Shown: piece after piece, positions 1 through 9,504 of the stretch
Layout: each line of letters begins with the position of its first letter
Position numbering within the stretch: the stretch's first letter is position 1
Assembly: GCA_024278515.1 (NCBI GenBank)
Contig: JAJRTA010000121.1
Coordinates: 1 to 42,270, forward strand
Reading direction: 5' to 3'
From: Candidatus Zixiibacteriota bacterium
GTDB taxonomy: Bacteria; Zixibacteria; MSB-5A5; GN15; FEB-12
Length of the DNA stretch: 42,270 nucleotides
Notes under the pieces: generated by a model
The model's database searches: none
The model's input: only the letters and a program-made list of their open reading frames with translations
Told to the model about the DNA's origin: nothing
Position numbers and translations under genes: made by a program

Positions 1-1
1 G

Positions 2-88
2 GCCTCAACCGGACAGGACAGAACCGATGACAGAATAATTATTGCCCCGGGGAATATTAGTCGTAACAGCTTCACCATAATGAAATAA
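2..88 (+). CDS. Possible 3' end of an upstream gene (partial), likely part of the pilus cluster
   Basis: Frame open from the window edge (ASTGQDRTDDRIIIAPGNISRNSFTIMK) to TAA at 86-88, co-oriented with pilB. Too short to identify. Confidence 0.35.
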   Translation, partial: ASTGQDRTDDRIIIAPGNISRNSFTIMK

Positions 89-152
89 CATCGGCTGTTC
101 CTTCAGGCAACAAGAGTCTGCCCGGGCATGTTGCCCCGAGGAATAGTATGTT

Positions 153-179
153 TCAAGATATTTCTCTCTTGTCCGATAA
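153..179 (+). promoter_or_regulatory. Sigma-28 (FliA/SigD)-like promoter upstream of pilB
   Basis: TCAA(153-156)-N15-TCCGATAA(172-179) versus consensus TAAA-N15-GCCGATAA; about 40 nt before the start codon. Confidence 0.55.
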
Positions 180-220
180 TAAAATGAACGCTCGAACTGC
201 GATTGAACGGACGGAAATCT

Positions 221-1948
221 GTGAAAAAGAAACTTGGTGATCTTCTTGTAGAGAAGGGATATATCACCGAACAACAACTCCAGGAGGGGCTGAGAGAACA
301 GGTCATCTCCGGGCGACGGCTGGGAGAGCTGCTGGTTGAGAAAGAATATATTACCGAGGATCAGCTTCTCGAAACCATATCCGACCGTCTGGGAGTCCCC
401 CAGGTCTCGCTGAGCCAGATGGTGCTCGACCCCCAGGTGGTTCAGACTGTTTCCGTAGACCTGGCCCGCCGCTACACGCTTATTCCGATTTTTGCCATCG
501 GCAACACGATAACACTGGCAATGGCCGATCCGCTGAATATCGTAGCTATCGATGAGATCAGGTATCTGACCGGCTCGGATATCAAAAGAGCGGTCGCCCT
601 GACTTCCGAGATTACCGCGGCCATAGACGAATATTACTCGATCGCCGACTCGCTGGTAGGAATTATGGGCGGCTCTCCCGAGGCTGAGACCGGACGGGAT
701 GAAGATACGGCCGAGACTGTCGAAACAGAAACGCCGGTGGTGAAACTCGTCAACCTGATCATCACCAAGGCGGTCAAGGATCGGGCCACCGATATTCATA
801 TCGAGCCGGAGGAGTCAAGACTACGGGTGCGATGCCGGATCGATGGGGTCATGCGTGAGGAAGCAACGCCGCCCAAAAAAATGCATAACGAGCTGATTTC
901 GCGGATCAAGATTGCGGCCAATCTCGATGTCTCCGAAAAGCGGCTGCCCCAGGATGGCCGGTTTATGACTACAGTAGACGGTCATACGGTCGATCTTCGA
1001 GTCTCCACGCTGCCCACCATCCACGGCGAAAAAATCGTAATCCGTCTTTTGGATCGGAGAAACCTGCTGTTAAATTTCAATCAACTCGGCTTCTCATCAA
1101 AAGTCTAAGAAAGGTGGAAGAACCTGATTCAGCAACCGGAAGGCCTGGTTCTGATTACCGGACCGACCTCATCCGGTAAAACCTCTACCCTCTACGCCAC
1201 GTTGCAGGAGATCAATTCGGTCGAAAAGAACATCATCACTGTCGAGGACCCGGTCGAGTATTCACTGGGGATGATAATACAGATCCAGATAAATGAAAAA
1301 GCAGGGCTGACTTTCCCGACAACCCTGCGGGCTATCCTTCGTCAGAACCCCGATGTTATTATGATCGGTGAAATACGTGATGGTGAAACCGCCCGCATGG
1401 CGGTGCGTTCGGCCCTTACCGGACATCTTGTTTTTTCGACCATACATACCAACGACGCGCCCTCGGCGGTGACCCGGTTGATCGATATGGGGATCGAAAA
1501 GTACCTCGTTGCCTCGGCTGTCAAGGGGGTTCTGGCTCAGCGACTGGTTCGTCTGAACTGTCCTGATTGTACTGAGACGTACCGACCGGGTGACGCGGTA
1601 TTGCAAAGAGCCGGGTTGATCGAGATGGCTGATGAAATTGAGTTCAAGCGCGGGGTTGGTTGCAGTCAGTGCAAAAATACCGGCCAGCGCGGACTGAACG
1701 GAATCTACGAATATGTCGAGCTGACTCCCGCCTTATCGGAGCTGGTGATGAACGACGCTTCCCTGAACCAACTCAAGGATGAAGCTCGTCGTTCCGGATA
1801 TGTCCCCTTGTTTGAAATGGGCCTGGAAAAAGTGATCGCCGGAAAGATCTGCCTCGAGGAACTGCTGAAAGAGACTACCAATGTCGAGGATTTCACGGCT
1901 CCTTCGATAATAGAGGCCGAGGATATGATCTATGCCGGTACAGTATAA
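221..1948 (+). pseudogene. pilB: PilB/GspE/MshE assembly ATPase with N-terminal MshEN domain, interrupted by an in-frame TAA at 1106-1108 (real nonsense mutation or sequence error)
   Basis: ORFs 203..1108 and 1202..1948 share a frame. Reading through gives ...[36 protein letters not shown]..., then [35 protein letters not shown] and two CxxC motifs. GTG start at 221 assumed. Confidence 0.9.
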
Positions 1949-3146
1949 ATACAAAGCTGTCACCCTGACCGGTGCAAGCGAAGAAGGCGTCGCCACAGCC
2001 GAGTCCGAACGTCAGATGCTCGACAACCTGACGAAACGTCAGTTGATACCGATATCAGTTGAGCCGGTCAAAGAAACATCACCATTTGCCTTCTGGGGGT
2101 TCTTCCGAGGTATCCGCTATGAACAATTGATAATGTTCACCAACAACCTTCAAACCATGTACCGGGCAGGCATCCCTCTTTTGAGAATACTCGATGTCGT
2201 ACGGGTCGGCCCCGAGGACGGCCGTTTCAACTACGCCATCAAACAGATGCGTCTCAGCCTGCAGTCCGGCCATCAGCTATCGACGGCCATGGAAGAGTTT
2301 GAGGATCTTTTCCCAAAGTACTACATCGCCAGTGTCGCGGCCGGTGAAGAGTCGGGTAAGCTCGATGATATCCTCGAGGAGTTAGCCGACATGCTGGAAA
2401 AAGAGATGGAGCTGACCCGTCAGATCAAATCCGGCGTACGCTACCCGGCGATGGTAATCGCGGCGCTGATCGGCGCTTCCGTAATAATGATGACCTTCGT
2501 GGTTCCTCGGTTCGTGAGTTTCTATGAAGGGTTCAATGCCGAGCTGCCGTTTTTTACCCGATTGTTGATCGAGACAAGTAATTTCTTTGCCCACTCATGG
2601 CCTGTCCTGGTCGTGTTGATGGTCATATCCATCATCGGTTTTCGTAAACTGGCCCTGAATCCGAAATCACGTCTGGTAATAGACCGAACCATCCTGAAAC
2701 TTCCCGTGATAGGACAACTCGTCATCAAAGGCAACGTCGCCCGTTTCAGTCTGATGTTCCGCATCCTGATCCAGTCCGGACTGCCGATTGTCAAATCTCT
2801 GGATATCCTGAATGAATCGATCAAAAACTCCCAGATCGCAACCGAAGTAGGGCGACTTAAAGAGCTGTTTCAGGAGGGTAAAGAAACCCTGCTGGCCGGC
2901 CAGAAGTTCATAGGACTACCGAGGTTATCTTTGCAGATGATGACGATCGGGCTTGAATCCGGTTCACTGGAACGAATGCTGGGGGAAGTGGGGAACCACT
3001 TTTCCAAAGAGGTACAGTATATGTCCCGTCATTTGACCGCTATTCTGGAACCGATTCTGACCATAGGCCTGGGCGCTTTTGTGCTGATCCTGGCCCTGGC
3101 GATCTTCCTGCCTATGTGGAACCTGATCAATGTCTTCCGAGGATGA
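1932..3146 (+). CDS. pilC: PilC/GspF inner-membrane platform protein
   Basis: 404 aa, two GspF repeats ([10 protein letters not shown]...RYP; IGLESGSLE...LEP, AIFLPMW), three TM segments, overlaps the end of pilB. Confidence 0.93.
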   Translation: MPVQYKYKAVTLTGASEEGVATAESERQMLDNLTKRQLIPISVEPVKETSPFAFWGFFRGIRYEQLIMFTNNLQTMYRAGIPLLRILDVVRVGPEDGRFNYAIKQMRLSLQSGHQLSTAMEEFEDLFPKYYIASVAAGEESGKLDDILEELADMLEKEMELTRQIKSGVRYPAMVIAALIGASVIMMTFVVPRFVSFYEGFNAELPFFTRLLIETSNFFAHSWPVLVVLMVISIIGFRKLALNPKSRLVIDRTILKLPVIGQLVIKGNVARFSLMFRILIQSGLPIVKSLDILNESIKNSQIATEVGRLKELFQEGKETLLAGQKFIGLPRLSLQMMTIGLESGSLERMLGEVGNHFSKEVQYMSRHLTAILEPILTIGLGAFVLILALAIFLPMWNLINVFRG

Positions 3147-3154
3147 TTATGAAC

Positions 3155-3181
3155 TAAATCGATATACGGATCGACCGATAA
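3155..3181 (+). promoter_or_regulatory. Sigma-28-like promoter upstream of the first pilin
   Basis: TAAA(3155-3158)-N15-ACCGATAA(3174-3181), one mismatch to consensus with exact spacing; GGAGGA SD before ATG 3228. Confidence 0.65.
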
Positions 3182-3227
3182 AAAGAGTAGAAATCTACAA
3201 TTAAACCAAAACTCTTTTGGAGGAACC

Positions 3228-3653
3228 ATGCGCAGTCGTTTGAACCAGAGAGGTTTTACGTTGATCGAACTTGTGATCATCATTATTATCCTTGGTATTC
3301 TTGCCGCCGTGGCCATTCCCAAGTACCAGGACCTCTCAACAGAAGCCAAAGAAGCCGCTGCCCGCTCGGCGCTCGGCAGTATACGGTCGGGTGTAATAAT
3401 CTATTACGCCAATCAGGCCGTACAAACCGGTACCGCAACCTGGCCGGCCTTGGACAGCCTGGCCACGATAGGTGTTGTGATGGAACAGGCCATTCCCAAA
3501 AACCCATATCAGGCTGACGCCAACGCCCCCGACTCAATAGTCACCGGCGTTACCAAAGGCGTCATTGTCGGCTCCCGGGGCGGTTGGGCGTATAATGCCT
3601 CAACCGGAGAGGTCTGGTTGAATACAAACACGGTTGGTGAAAATAATTGGTAG
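3228..3653 (+). CDS. Type IV prepilin, probable major pilin (MshA/PilA-like)
   Basis: Class III signal QRG|FTLIELVIIIIILGILAAVAIPKY, strong SD, its own promoter motif, 141 aa. Confidence 0.9.
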   Translation: MRSRLNQRGFTLIELVIIIIILGILAAVAIPKYQDLSTEAKEAAARSALGSIRSGVIIYYANQAVQTGTATWPALDSLATIGVVMEQAIPKNPYQADANAPDSIVTGVTKGVIVGSRGGWAYNASTGEVWLNTNTVGENNW

Positions 3654-3693
3654 AAATATCATTCGGTTCAATGATGTGAACAATCAAAACATT

Positions 3694-4143
3694 ATGACTC
3701 ACAGCAGGCTCGATCATAGAGGTTTTACTCTGATCGAGCTTGTTATTATCATCGTGGTACTCGGCATTCTGGCTGCCTTTGCTGTCCCCAAGTTCTCAAG
3801 TATCGCCGAAAGTTCAAAGGTGACAGCCACCCGGCAGGAAATGCAGGCGCTGAAGGAAGCGATCATCGGCAATCCCAAAGTGGTTTCATCAGGAGTGCTT
3901 ATTGATCGCGGTTTCCTCGGCGATGTCGGTTTTGTGCCGTCGCAGTTGACGGATCTTGCTGTCAAGCCTGATTCAGTACCGGCTTACAACAAGCTGACCC
4001 GTCTCGGATGGAACGGACCTTACATCGATGATGACAACAATGACTACCTGACCGATGCCTGGGGAGTGAGCTATTACTACGACCCGGGCGGTCGGATGAT
4101 AGTATCCACCGGCGGGCCTGACAGTATTTCAATTACGTTTTAA
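3694..4143 (+). CDS. Second prepilin/pseudopilin (GspG-like C-terminus)
   Basis: HRG|FTLIELVIIIVVLGILAAFAVPKF, with GWNGPY...DAWGVSYYY motif. ATG 3694 preferred over 3634. Confidence 0.88.
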   Translation: MTHSRLDHRGFTLIELVIIIVVLGILAAFAVPKFSSIAESSKVTATRQEMQALKEAIIGNPKVVSSGVLIDRGFLGDVGFVPSQLTDLAVKPDSVPAYNKLTRLGWNGPYIDDDNNDYLTDAWGVSYYYDPGGRMIVSTGGPDSISITF

Positions 4144-4157
4144 GGATAGCAATTCTG

Positions 4158-5765
4158 ATGGAATTACTGTCGAAAATCCACAGAGCCGAGCATAATAAAC
4201 GGCAACCTGACGATCTGCCCCCCGAGTCCGCTCGGGCCGGGCTGATCGAGACGACGATACCTCCTCCGCGTCGCTGGGCGGTGGGGCGTCGTCTGGCTTT
4301 TTCCATTGAAGACGGCTGGATAAAAATGGCCGCGGCAAGACATTTACCCGGCAAATCAGATTTGCTGGACGTCTCTTTAGTATCATTGGTTGGCGACAGT
4401 GAGGCCGCCGTACGCCGCGAGGAACACCTCTCCCTCACCGTAGCCGATTATGTAGCACGGTTCGGTGGTCGCACTCCCGAAATCGAACTGGTAGTTAGCA
4501 GCAGAGAAACCGCCTTTCGCTGTTTTCTGATGCCGCAGCTAAAAAAACGTGAATTAGCCTCGGCAATCAGTTACGAAGCTCGAAAACAAGTACCGTTTCC
4601 GCCGGATGACTGCATCGTTGATTATCAGCGGACTTTCAGAATAGTCGACCAGGACCGGTCCCGCTATAAAATAGCCCTGCACGCGACAACCACCAAACTG
4701 ATCAAAGAGCAGATTGAGCCGTTTCGTCAGAAAGGTTTACAGGTCACAGGCATTGCGATAGCCGACGATGCCCTGGGGCATCTCCTGGCCGCATCGACCG
4801 GGTTTGACGCCGACACTGTGTATACGGTGCTAACTATTGAGGAGAATAGTTGCAAAATAGCATACTACCGTGGAGCTGCCCTGGAATTCGTTCACCGCGG
4901 AGCGGTCGGCTCAGTACATTTGGGCGATGAACCGGATATTGCTCAGATCAACTATTTTGCTGAAAGGCTGACCGGCGAACTGTCCACTTCGCAGGATTTC
5001 TACTCCGGGCAGTATGGAAGAGTACTACCGAACAGGATACTGGTTGTCGGTAATATCACAAAAGAGAAAGAACTGCTCGAACATATCAGTGAAAAGTCAT
5101 CCTTTGAATTTGTCCCCTTCCCCCTGCCTGAAAACCTGAACGACAAATCCGAAGTCATCTATTCGTGTCTTCCGGTCGTTTCCGCAGCGATAACCCGTTA
5201 TCAGTTGTGCAACCTGTTGCCGAAACAACTACGGATTGACAGAATCAATCACAGAATTGACCGGTTCGGTCGGCTGGGCCTGGCCCTTCTGGGAACAGTA
5301 TTGATGGTCAACTGGGCTGCGATGCGATTGTCACTGAGAACCGACCTCACGGCAGCTGAAACACTGGAACATCAGGTAAAAGTGACGGAACAGTCGGATG
5401 CCTACCGTTCTCATCTGGCCATTATGCAGCAGATCACTTTTGATCGCGCTTATATGAACATGGCTGAAAAGCCTGCCGGCTATCTGAACTACTCGCTGAA
5501 GGAACTTTCACTGCTGACACCCGAGAAAGTGCAGCTTTACCGGTATGAATACGCGCCCAATCTGCTGGAGAACAACAGGAACCTGATATTGTATGGGAAA
5601 GTTTCATCTTCCGATGTGCCGCCTGAAATCATACTGGCTCAGTATATCGAAAAACTAAAGGCCTCACCTTTTTATCATGACGTGCTGTTGAAGCGTCACT
5701 CCAAAAGAAAATATCGCGACGAGTTTATTATCGATTTCCAGATCGAACTTCAGGGGGTGGCGTGA
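4158..5765 (+). CDS. PilM-PilN-like fused alignment protein
   Basis: PilM-like N-terminal region (MPQLKKRELASAISYEARKQVPFPPDDCIVDY), NLLP motif then one TM helix, PilN-like C-terminal region; lies between the pilins and pilO. Confidence 0.75.
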   Translation: MELLSKIHRAEHNKRQPDDLPPESARAGLIETTIPPPRRWAVGRRLAFSIEDGWIKMAAARHLPGKSDLLDVSLVSLVGDSEAAVRREEHLSLTVADYVARFGGRTPEIELVVSSRETAFRCFLMPQLKKRELASAISYEARKQVPFPPDDCIVDYQRTFRIVDQDRSRYKIALHATTTKLIKEQIEPFRQKGLQVTGIAIADDALGHLLAASTGFDADTVYTVLTIEENSCKIAYYRGAALEFVHRGAVGSVHLGDEPDIAQINYFAERLTGELSTSQDFYSGQYGRVLPNRILVVGNITKEKELLEHISEKSSFEFVPFPLPENLNDKSEVIYSCLPVVSAAITRYQLCNLLPKQLRIDRINHRIDRFGRLGLALLGTVLMVNWAAMRLSLRTDLTAAETLEHQVKVTEQSDAYRSHLAIMQQITFDRAYMNMAEKPAGYLNYSLKELSLLTPEKVQLYRYEYAPNLLENNRNLILYGKVSSSDVPPEIILAQYIEKLKASPFYHDVLLKRHSKRKYRDEFIIDFQIELQGVA

Positions 5766-6325
5766 AAAAACGGCTGGTCATATACAGCGGGACAGCACTG
5801 GTAATGCTGGCAGCCTGGTATGCCCTGCTTTTCGTGCCGTTTTCGAAAGATCATCAGGAGATAAATACGCGAATACAGCAGGCACAGGCCAGACTCGACG
5901 AATACCATCGGATAATGGAGCAGTTGCCGAAGTATCTCGACACATACAAAAATCTCAAACGTTCAATGTCAAAGCTGAACGAAGGCTTATACGCCAAAGA
6001 TCAAATACTTGATCTTTTCGACTTGTTACACAAGCAGGCGGCGAAGCATGGACTGAAAATTGTCGAGATAACTCCTCCCATCGAGGAGCTTTTACTGTTG
6101 AACAGTATCATGCCCGGCTCTCAGAAGCCTCCCTTTTTGAACCTGGGTGTAAAGCTTCAGGGAAGTTTCGCCGATTTCGGAAGGTACGTGCGTTTTATAG
6201 AGAATGCCGATTTCTACCAGGGTATCAACAGATGCCAGGTCACGAAATCCGAAGATGACAATTCGCCGATCAACCATCTGATCGCCTTTCGTGCGTTGAT
6301 CGGTTATTCGGAGGAAGAATCGTGA
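5762..6325 (+). CDS. pilO: PilO/GspM/MshJ-like protein
   Basis: N-terminal TM helix, coiled coil, KLQGSFADFGRYVRFIEN motif, GTGA overlap with the previous gene. Confidence 0.78.
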   Translation: MKKRLVIYSGTALVMLAAWYALLFVPFSKDHQEINTRIQQAQARLDEYHRIMEQLPKYLDTYKNLKRSMSKLNEGLYAKDQILDLFDLLHKQAAKHGLKIVEITPPIEELLLLNSIMPGSQKPPFLNLGVKLQGSFADFGRYVRFIENADFYQGINRCQVTKSEDDNSPINHLIAFRALIGYSEEES

Positions 6326-6789
6326 AAGAACGAACTCGCCGGAAAATAGTAATCGGGGCTCTGCCGATCGCCATGCTCTGGGGGGCGTATAACCTGTTCT
6401 GGAACGATGACAAGTCCTCCCCGCCTCCGCCGACTCCGGAGATCTCGATAGAAACAGCAATGGCGTCGGCTGAAGCGACGGCCAAGGCAGCGACCCCTGC
6501 TGTCAACGATTCTATTATCGAACGATTGGCGCATACGAAATGGGGATCGGACCCGTTCGTCAGACAGATCAAGAAGTCGACCCGGAAGGCCGACAATCAA
6601 GGTAAGAAGCTGGAACTGATCCTTTCAGGAATTGTGTTCAGTGAGAAATCACCGATGGCTGTAATCAACAGTAGAATGGTACGAGTCGGTGATATCGTTG
6701 ATGGCGGTAAAGTGATCAGAATCGACCCTGAATCGGTGACGGTAGAGATTAACGGCAAGCGGAAGCAACTGCAAGTCACAAAAGGCTGA
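6322..6789 (+). CDS. PilP/MshK/GspB-like accessory protein
   Basis: TM anchor, Pro-rich linker, WGSDPF, then LSGIVFSEKSPMAVINSRMVRVGDIVDGGKVIRIDPESVTV beta domain. Confidence 0.7.
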   Translation: MKERTRRKIVIGALPIAMLWGAYNLFWNDDKSSPPPPTPEISIETAMASAEATAKAATPAVNDSIIERLAHTKWGSDPFVRQIKKSTRKADNQGKKLELILSGIVFSEKSPMAVINSRMVRVGDIVDGGKVIRIDPESVTVEINGKRKQLQVTKG

Positions 6790-6793
6790 CCGT

Positions 6794-8119
6794 ATGAGAT
6801 TGTTACGCATTATTATAAGCACATCCGTTCTGCTGGTTATCGGACTTTATGCTTTGCCGGCTGTGCCGGGCGCCGCTCCTTTTGAGAAAAGCGACAATAT
6901 CTCCCTGACTCTTGAAGGCGTTGAGATAGGAGTAGCCCTGGCCATGATCGCCGAGCAGAACGATCTTAATATCGTTGTCGGTGGAGATGTTACGGGAAAA
7001 GTTTCGATGCGACTTATCGAGGTTGATCTCGAATCCGCCCTCGAAGCTATTCTGGCGCCGGGCGGTTACAACTATTATATCCGTAACGATGTCCTCGTGG
7101 TAAAGCCACAGGAGACCAAGGCGATAGGTGAGCTTTTGTCGCGGACGATCACCCTGAAGTATGCCGACCCGCTTGCGATTAAGGAAGTCCTTGAATCCCG
7201 GTTATCCGATCGGGGCAAACTGGTTATAGTCGGAGCACCACTGCAGGGTGAATTCACAGAGGAAGTTATTTCTCCCACCCGAATCGTCGTCACTGATTTC
7301 CCGGCTATCGTTGATGAAGTAGTGTTACTGGCTGAAGAGCTCGATAAGCCGCAACAGATGGTATCAATCGAGGTAAAAATAATTGAGACTAAAGTTGATG
7401 CCAATAATAAGCTCGGCTTTGCCTGGCCGACCAGCTTCACGACAAGCCTCGGTTCAAGCACAACCAACTACTCTAACAGCAACAGCAATAATACCGGCAC
7501 GAACACGCAAACTTCCCTGACCAATGTAGCCGGCAGTCATGATCTTAACAGTGGACGCTGGACATGGGGAACCCTGACAGTCGATCAACTCACGACCGTA
7601 CTCGACCTTCTGAATCGCCAGGGCAACAGCAAACTTATTTCAGACCCTCATATTACAACGTTAGAAAATCAGGAAGCATACATCAAAGTACAGACGGTTA
7701 TACCGATCGCCACTATCAGCCGCTTTACCGAAGGAGCCGCCACCCAGGACATTCAGACATTTTATGACGAAGAAGTTGGTATTTCGTTGAGCGTCACACC
7801 GAGGATAAACGAAGGCAAGCGGATTACGCTTGAGGTACATCCACAAGTGGAAGATATCATCGGGTTTTCCGGTCCCTCGGAAAATCAGAAACCGATCACA
7901 TCATCACGAACACTCAAGACAACCGTTACGGTCAACGAAGGTGAAACTGTAGCGCTGGGCGGCCTGCTTAAGGAATCTGAGATCGAGCAGGTACAAAAGT
8001 TTCCGTTGCTCGGTCAAATTCCTGTTTTAGGGAAACTGCTTTTTACCAACAGATCAAAAGAAAAGAACACTACTGATCTGATTATTTTTATCACGCCTCA
8101 TATTATGCCGATGCCCTGA
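6794..8119 (+). CDS. Secretin (PilQ/GspD/MshL family), short form
   Basis: Signal peptide, STN-like N domain, DKPQQMVSIEVKIIE, SKLISDPHITTLENQEA, GETVALGGL, PLLGQIPVLGKLLF, LIIFITPHI. Confidence 0.92.
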   Translation: MRLLRIIISTSVLLVIGLYALPAVPGAAPFEKSDNISLTLEGVEIGVALAMIAEQNDLNIVVGGDVTGKVSMRLIEVDLESALEAILAPGGYNYYIRNDVLVVKPQETKAIGELLSRTITLKYADPLAIKEVLESRLSDRGKLVIVGAPLQGEFTEEVISPTRIVVTDFPAIVDEVVLLAEELDKPQQMVSIEVKIIETKVDANNKLGFAWPTSFTTSLGSSTTNYSNSNSNNTGTNTQTSLTNVAGSHDLNSGRWTWGTLTVDQLTTVLDLLNRQGNSKLISDPHITTLENQEAYIKVQTVIPIATISRFTEGAATQDIQTFYDEEVGISLSVTPRINEGKRITLEVHPQVEDIIGFSGPSENQKPITSSRTLKTTVTVNEGETVALGGLLKESEIEQVQKFPLLGQIPVLGKLLFTNRSKEKNTTDLIIFITPHIMPMP

Positions 8120-8566
8120 TCAGGCTCGATCGATCATCCACTTGCGGGAACGACTGAACCAGAGCTGAAGAGTCAGCGCCAAAAGCGGTATATCCCTGAG
8201 GAACCCTTCAAGCGCCGATCCTTTGCCGCTTCCCCCTGCCTTGAAACATCCGCAATCAATATCCAGTCCACGGACAACCGCGGAACCAAGCGCGATAAGA
8301 AACAGTATTGTCATAAGATTGATCAATAATATCGACCCGCGATAAAACAGACCGAGAATCAATCCAATCCCGGCCAGCAGCTCAACCCACGGCATGAGAA
8401 GAGAGGTGATATTTATCAGTGAACTCGGCGCTAAGTGATAGTTCCAGATAGCGTTGGCAAAGGAGAGCGGGTCGGCAATCTTGTAAACCGAGGCCCAGAT
8501 AAAAGTGACGCCCACGACCAGACGGGAAATAACGGTCAGGTAATCATTATCGATTATTCTCCGCAT
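8120..8566 (-). CDS. MauE/DoxX-family membrane protein
   Basis: RLVVGVTFIWASVYKIADP, PWVELLAG, RGLDIDCGCF, four TM helices. ATG 8566 overlaps the rhodanese end. Confidence 0.88.
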   Translation of the reverse strand: MRRIIDNDYLTVISRLVVGVTFIWASVYKIADPLSFANAIWNYHLAPSSLINITSLLMPWVELLAGIGLILGLFYRGSILLINLMTILFLIALGSAVVRGLDIDCGCFKAGGSGKGSALEGFLRDIPLLALTLQLWFSRSRKWMIDRA

Positions 8567-9072
8567 TCTACCCTCCGTTCCATCGGCAGGCCGAACCGCT
8601 CCCACTCACGAGCGCCGCCGAAAAAGATAGCGAGGTCGGTATATCCCTCGGCCTGCAGATTACGGGCCAGATGAATCGAGAGATCACATTCATCACCGGA
8701 GCAGAAAACGATAATACGGCTGTCGTAGGGAATCCCGCCGAAACAGGAATCAAAAAACGGCGCCAAAGCACCCTCCGGCAGATAATCAAAAGGAATGCTT
8801 ACTGAACCGGGAATAGTGCCGCAATCGAATTCTTCCGGATCCCGGGCATCAACGAAAATCGTGCCGCCGGAGTTGAATTCAAGCTGGGCCTGATCGATTG
8901 TGACAAACGGCGGATCACCCGGTTCCGGATCGGGCGGTTTTACCGGACCTTCGCCTGTATGCAGGGTCCGCCACTGCCCCACCCAGGGGATGCGGTCGGC
9001 TCGGACCAGGTTGAGACCAAATCCGATAACCGCTGAAATTACGAGAATATAGAACGCTTGTTTTATCGCCAC
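8554..9072 (-). CDS. Membrane-anchored rhodanese-like domain protein
   Basis: N-terminal hydrophobic anchor, FVDARDPEEF..GTIPGS, IIVFCSGDECDLS, FFGGAREWE; GTG start after GAGGTGA SD. Confidence 0.88.
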   Translation of the reverse strand: MAIKQAFYILVISAVIGFGLNLVRADRIPWVGQWRTLHTGEGPVKPPDPEPGDPPFVTIDQAQLEFNSGGTIFVDARDPEEFDCGTIPGSVSIPFDYLPEGALAPFFDSCFGGIPYDSRIIVFCSGDECDLSIHLARNLQAEGYTDLAIFFGGAREWERFGLPMERRVECGE

Positions 9073-9224
9073 TGGACGGTCACCTCATCCTGCTTTGAGC
9101 CTTATACAGCATATCGACCTTTTCGGTTGAATAAATCAACACCACCTGGCGCCGATCAAACAAAACTTCAACAGTACGACCAATTTTTTTATCAGGAGAT
9201 AAAACAGACTGAGGATTATATCAG

Positions 9225-9262
9225 ATAAAATAAGCGGGACCCAGTATATATATGGGTCCCGC
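9225..9262 (-). terminator. Intrinsic terminator
   Basis: Perfect 10-bp stem gcgggaccca(9234-9243)/tgggtcccgc(9253-9262), followed on the minus strand by TTATTTT. Confidence 0.75.
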
Positions 9263-9318
9263 CGGATTTGTGGATTCGCTGCCCGGATGTCATTTTTGCT
9301 CTTAAAATGACAGCGAAC

Positions 9319-9504
9319 TCAGTTTGGGAAAAGGTGCTCCATACGCCTGTCAAGCTTTGACGATATCAGTACATAACGGCCGCGAAGGATTTTACCGACC
9401 ACCAACGAAAACTTCGCCGGCGTCAACATTTGCAGACCGTAGGAATGCCAACAATCTTTCTCGCCCAAGCTTGCAAACTCCTGATTCTCTTTTCTCTTCG
9501 GCAT
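9319..9504 (-). CDS. Putative 61-aa small protein of unknown function
   Basis: ATG at 9504 with AGGAGA SD 6 nt upstream (MPKRKENQ...HLFPN), followed by a hairpin and terminator. No recognisable family. Confidence 0.4.
   Translation of the reverse strand: MPKRKENQEFASLGEKDCWHSYGLQMLTPAKFSLVVGKILRGRYVLISSKLDRRMEHLFPN

Noticed and set aside
5-799. 264-aa minus-strand ORF
   Set aside because: Antisense shadow of pilB with no motif.
7455-7520. Ser/Asn/Thr-rich aac/agc repeats in the secretin as a phase-variable tract
   Set aside because: Imperfect in-frame low-complexity loop of a kind common in secretins.
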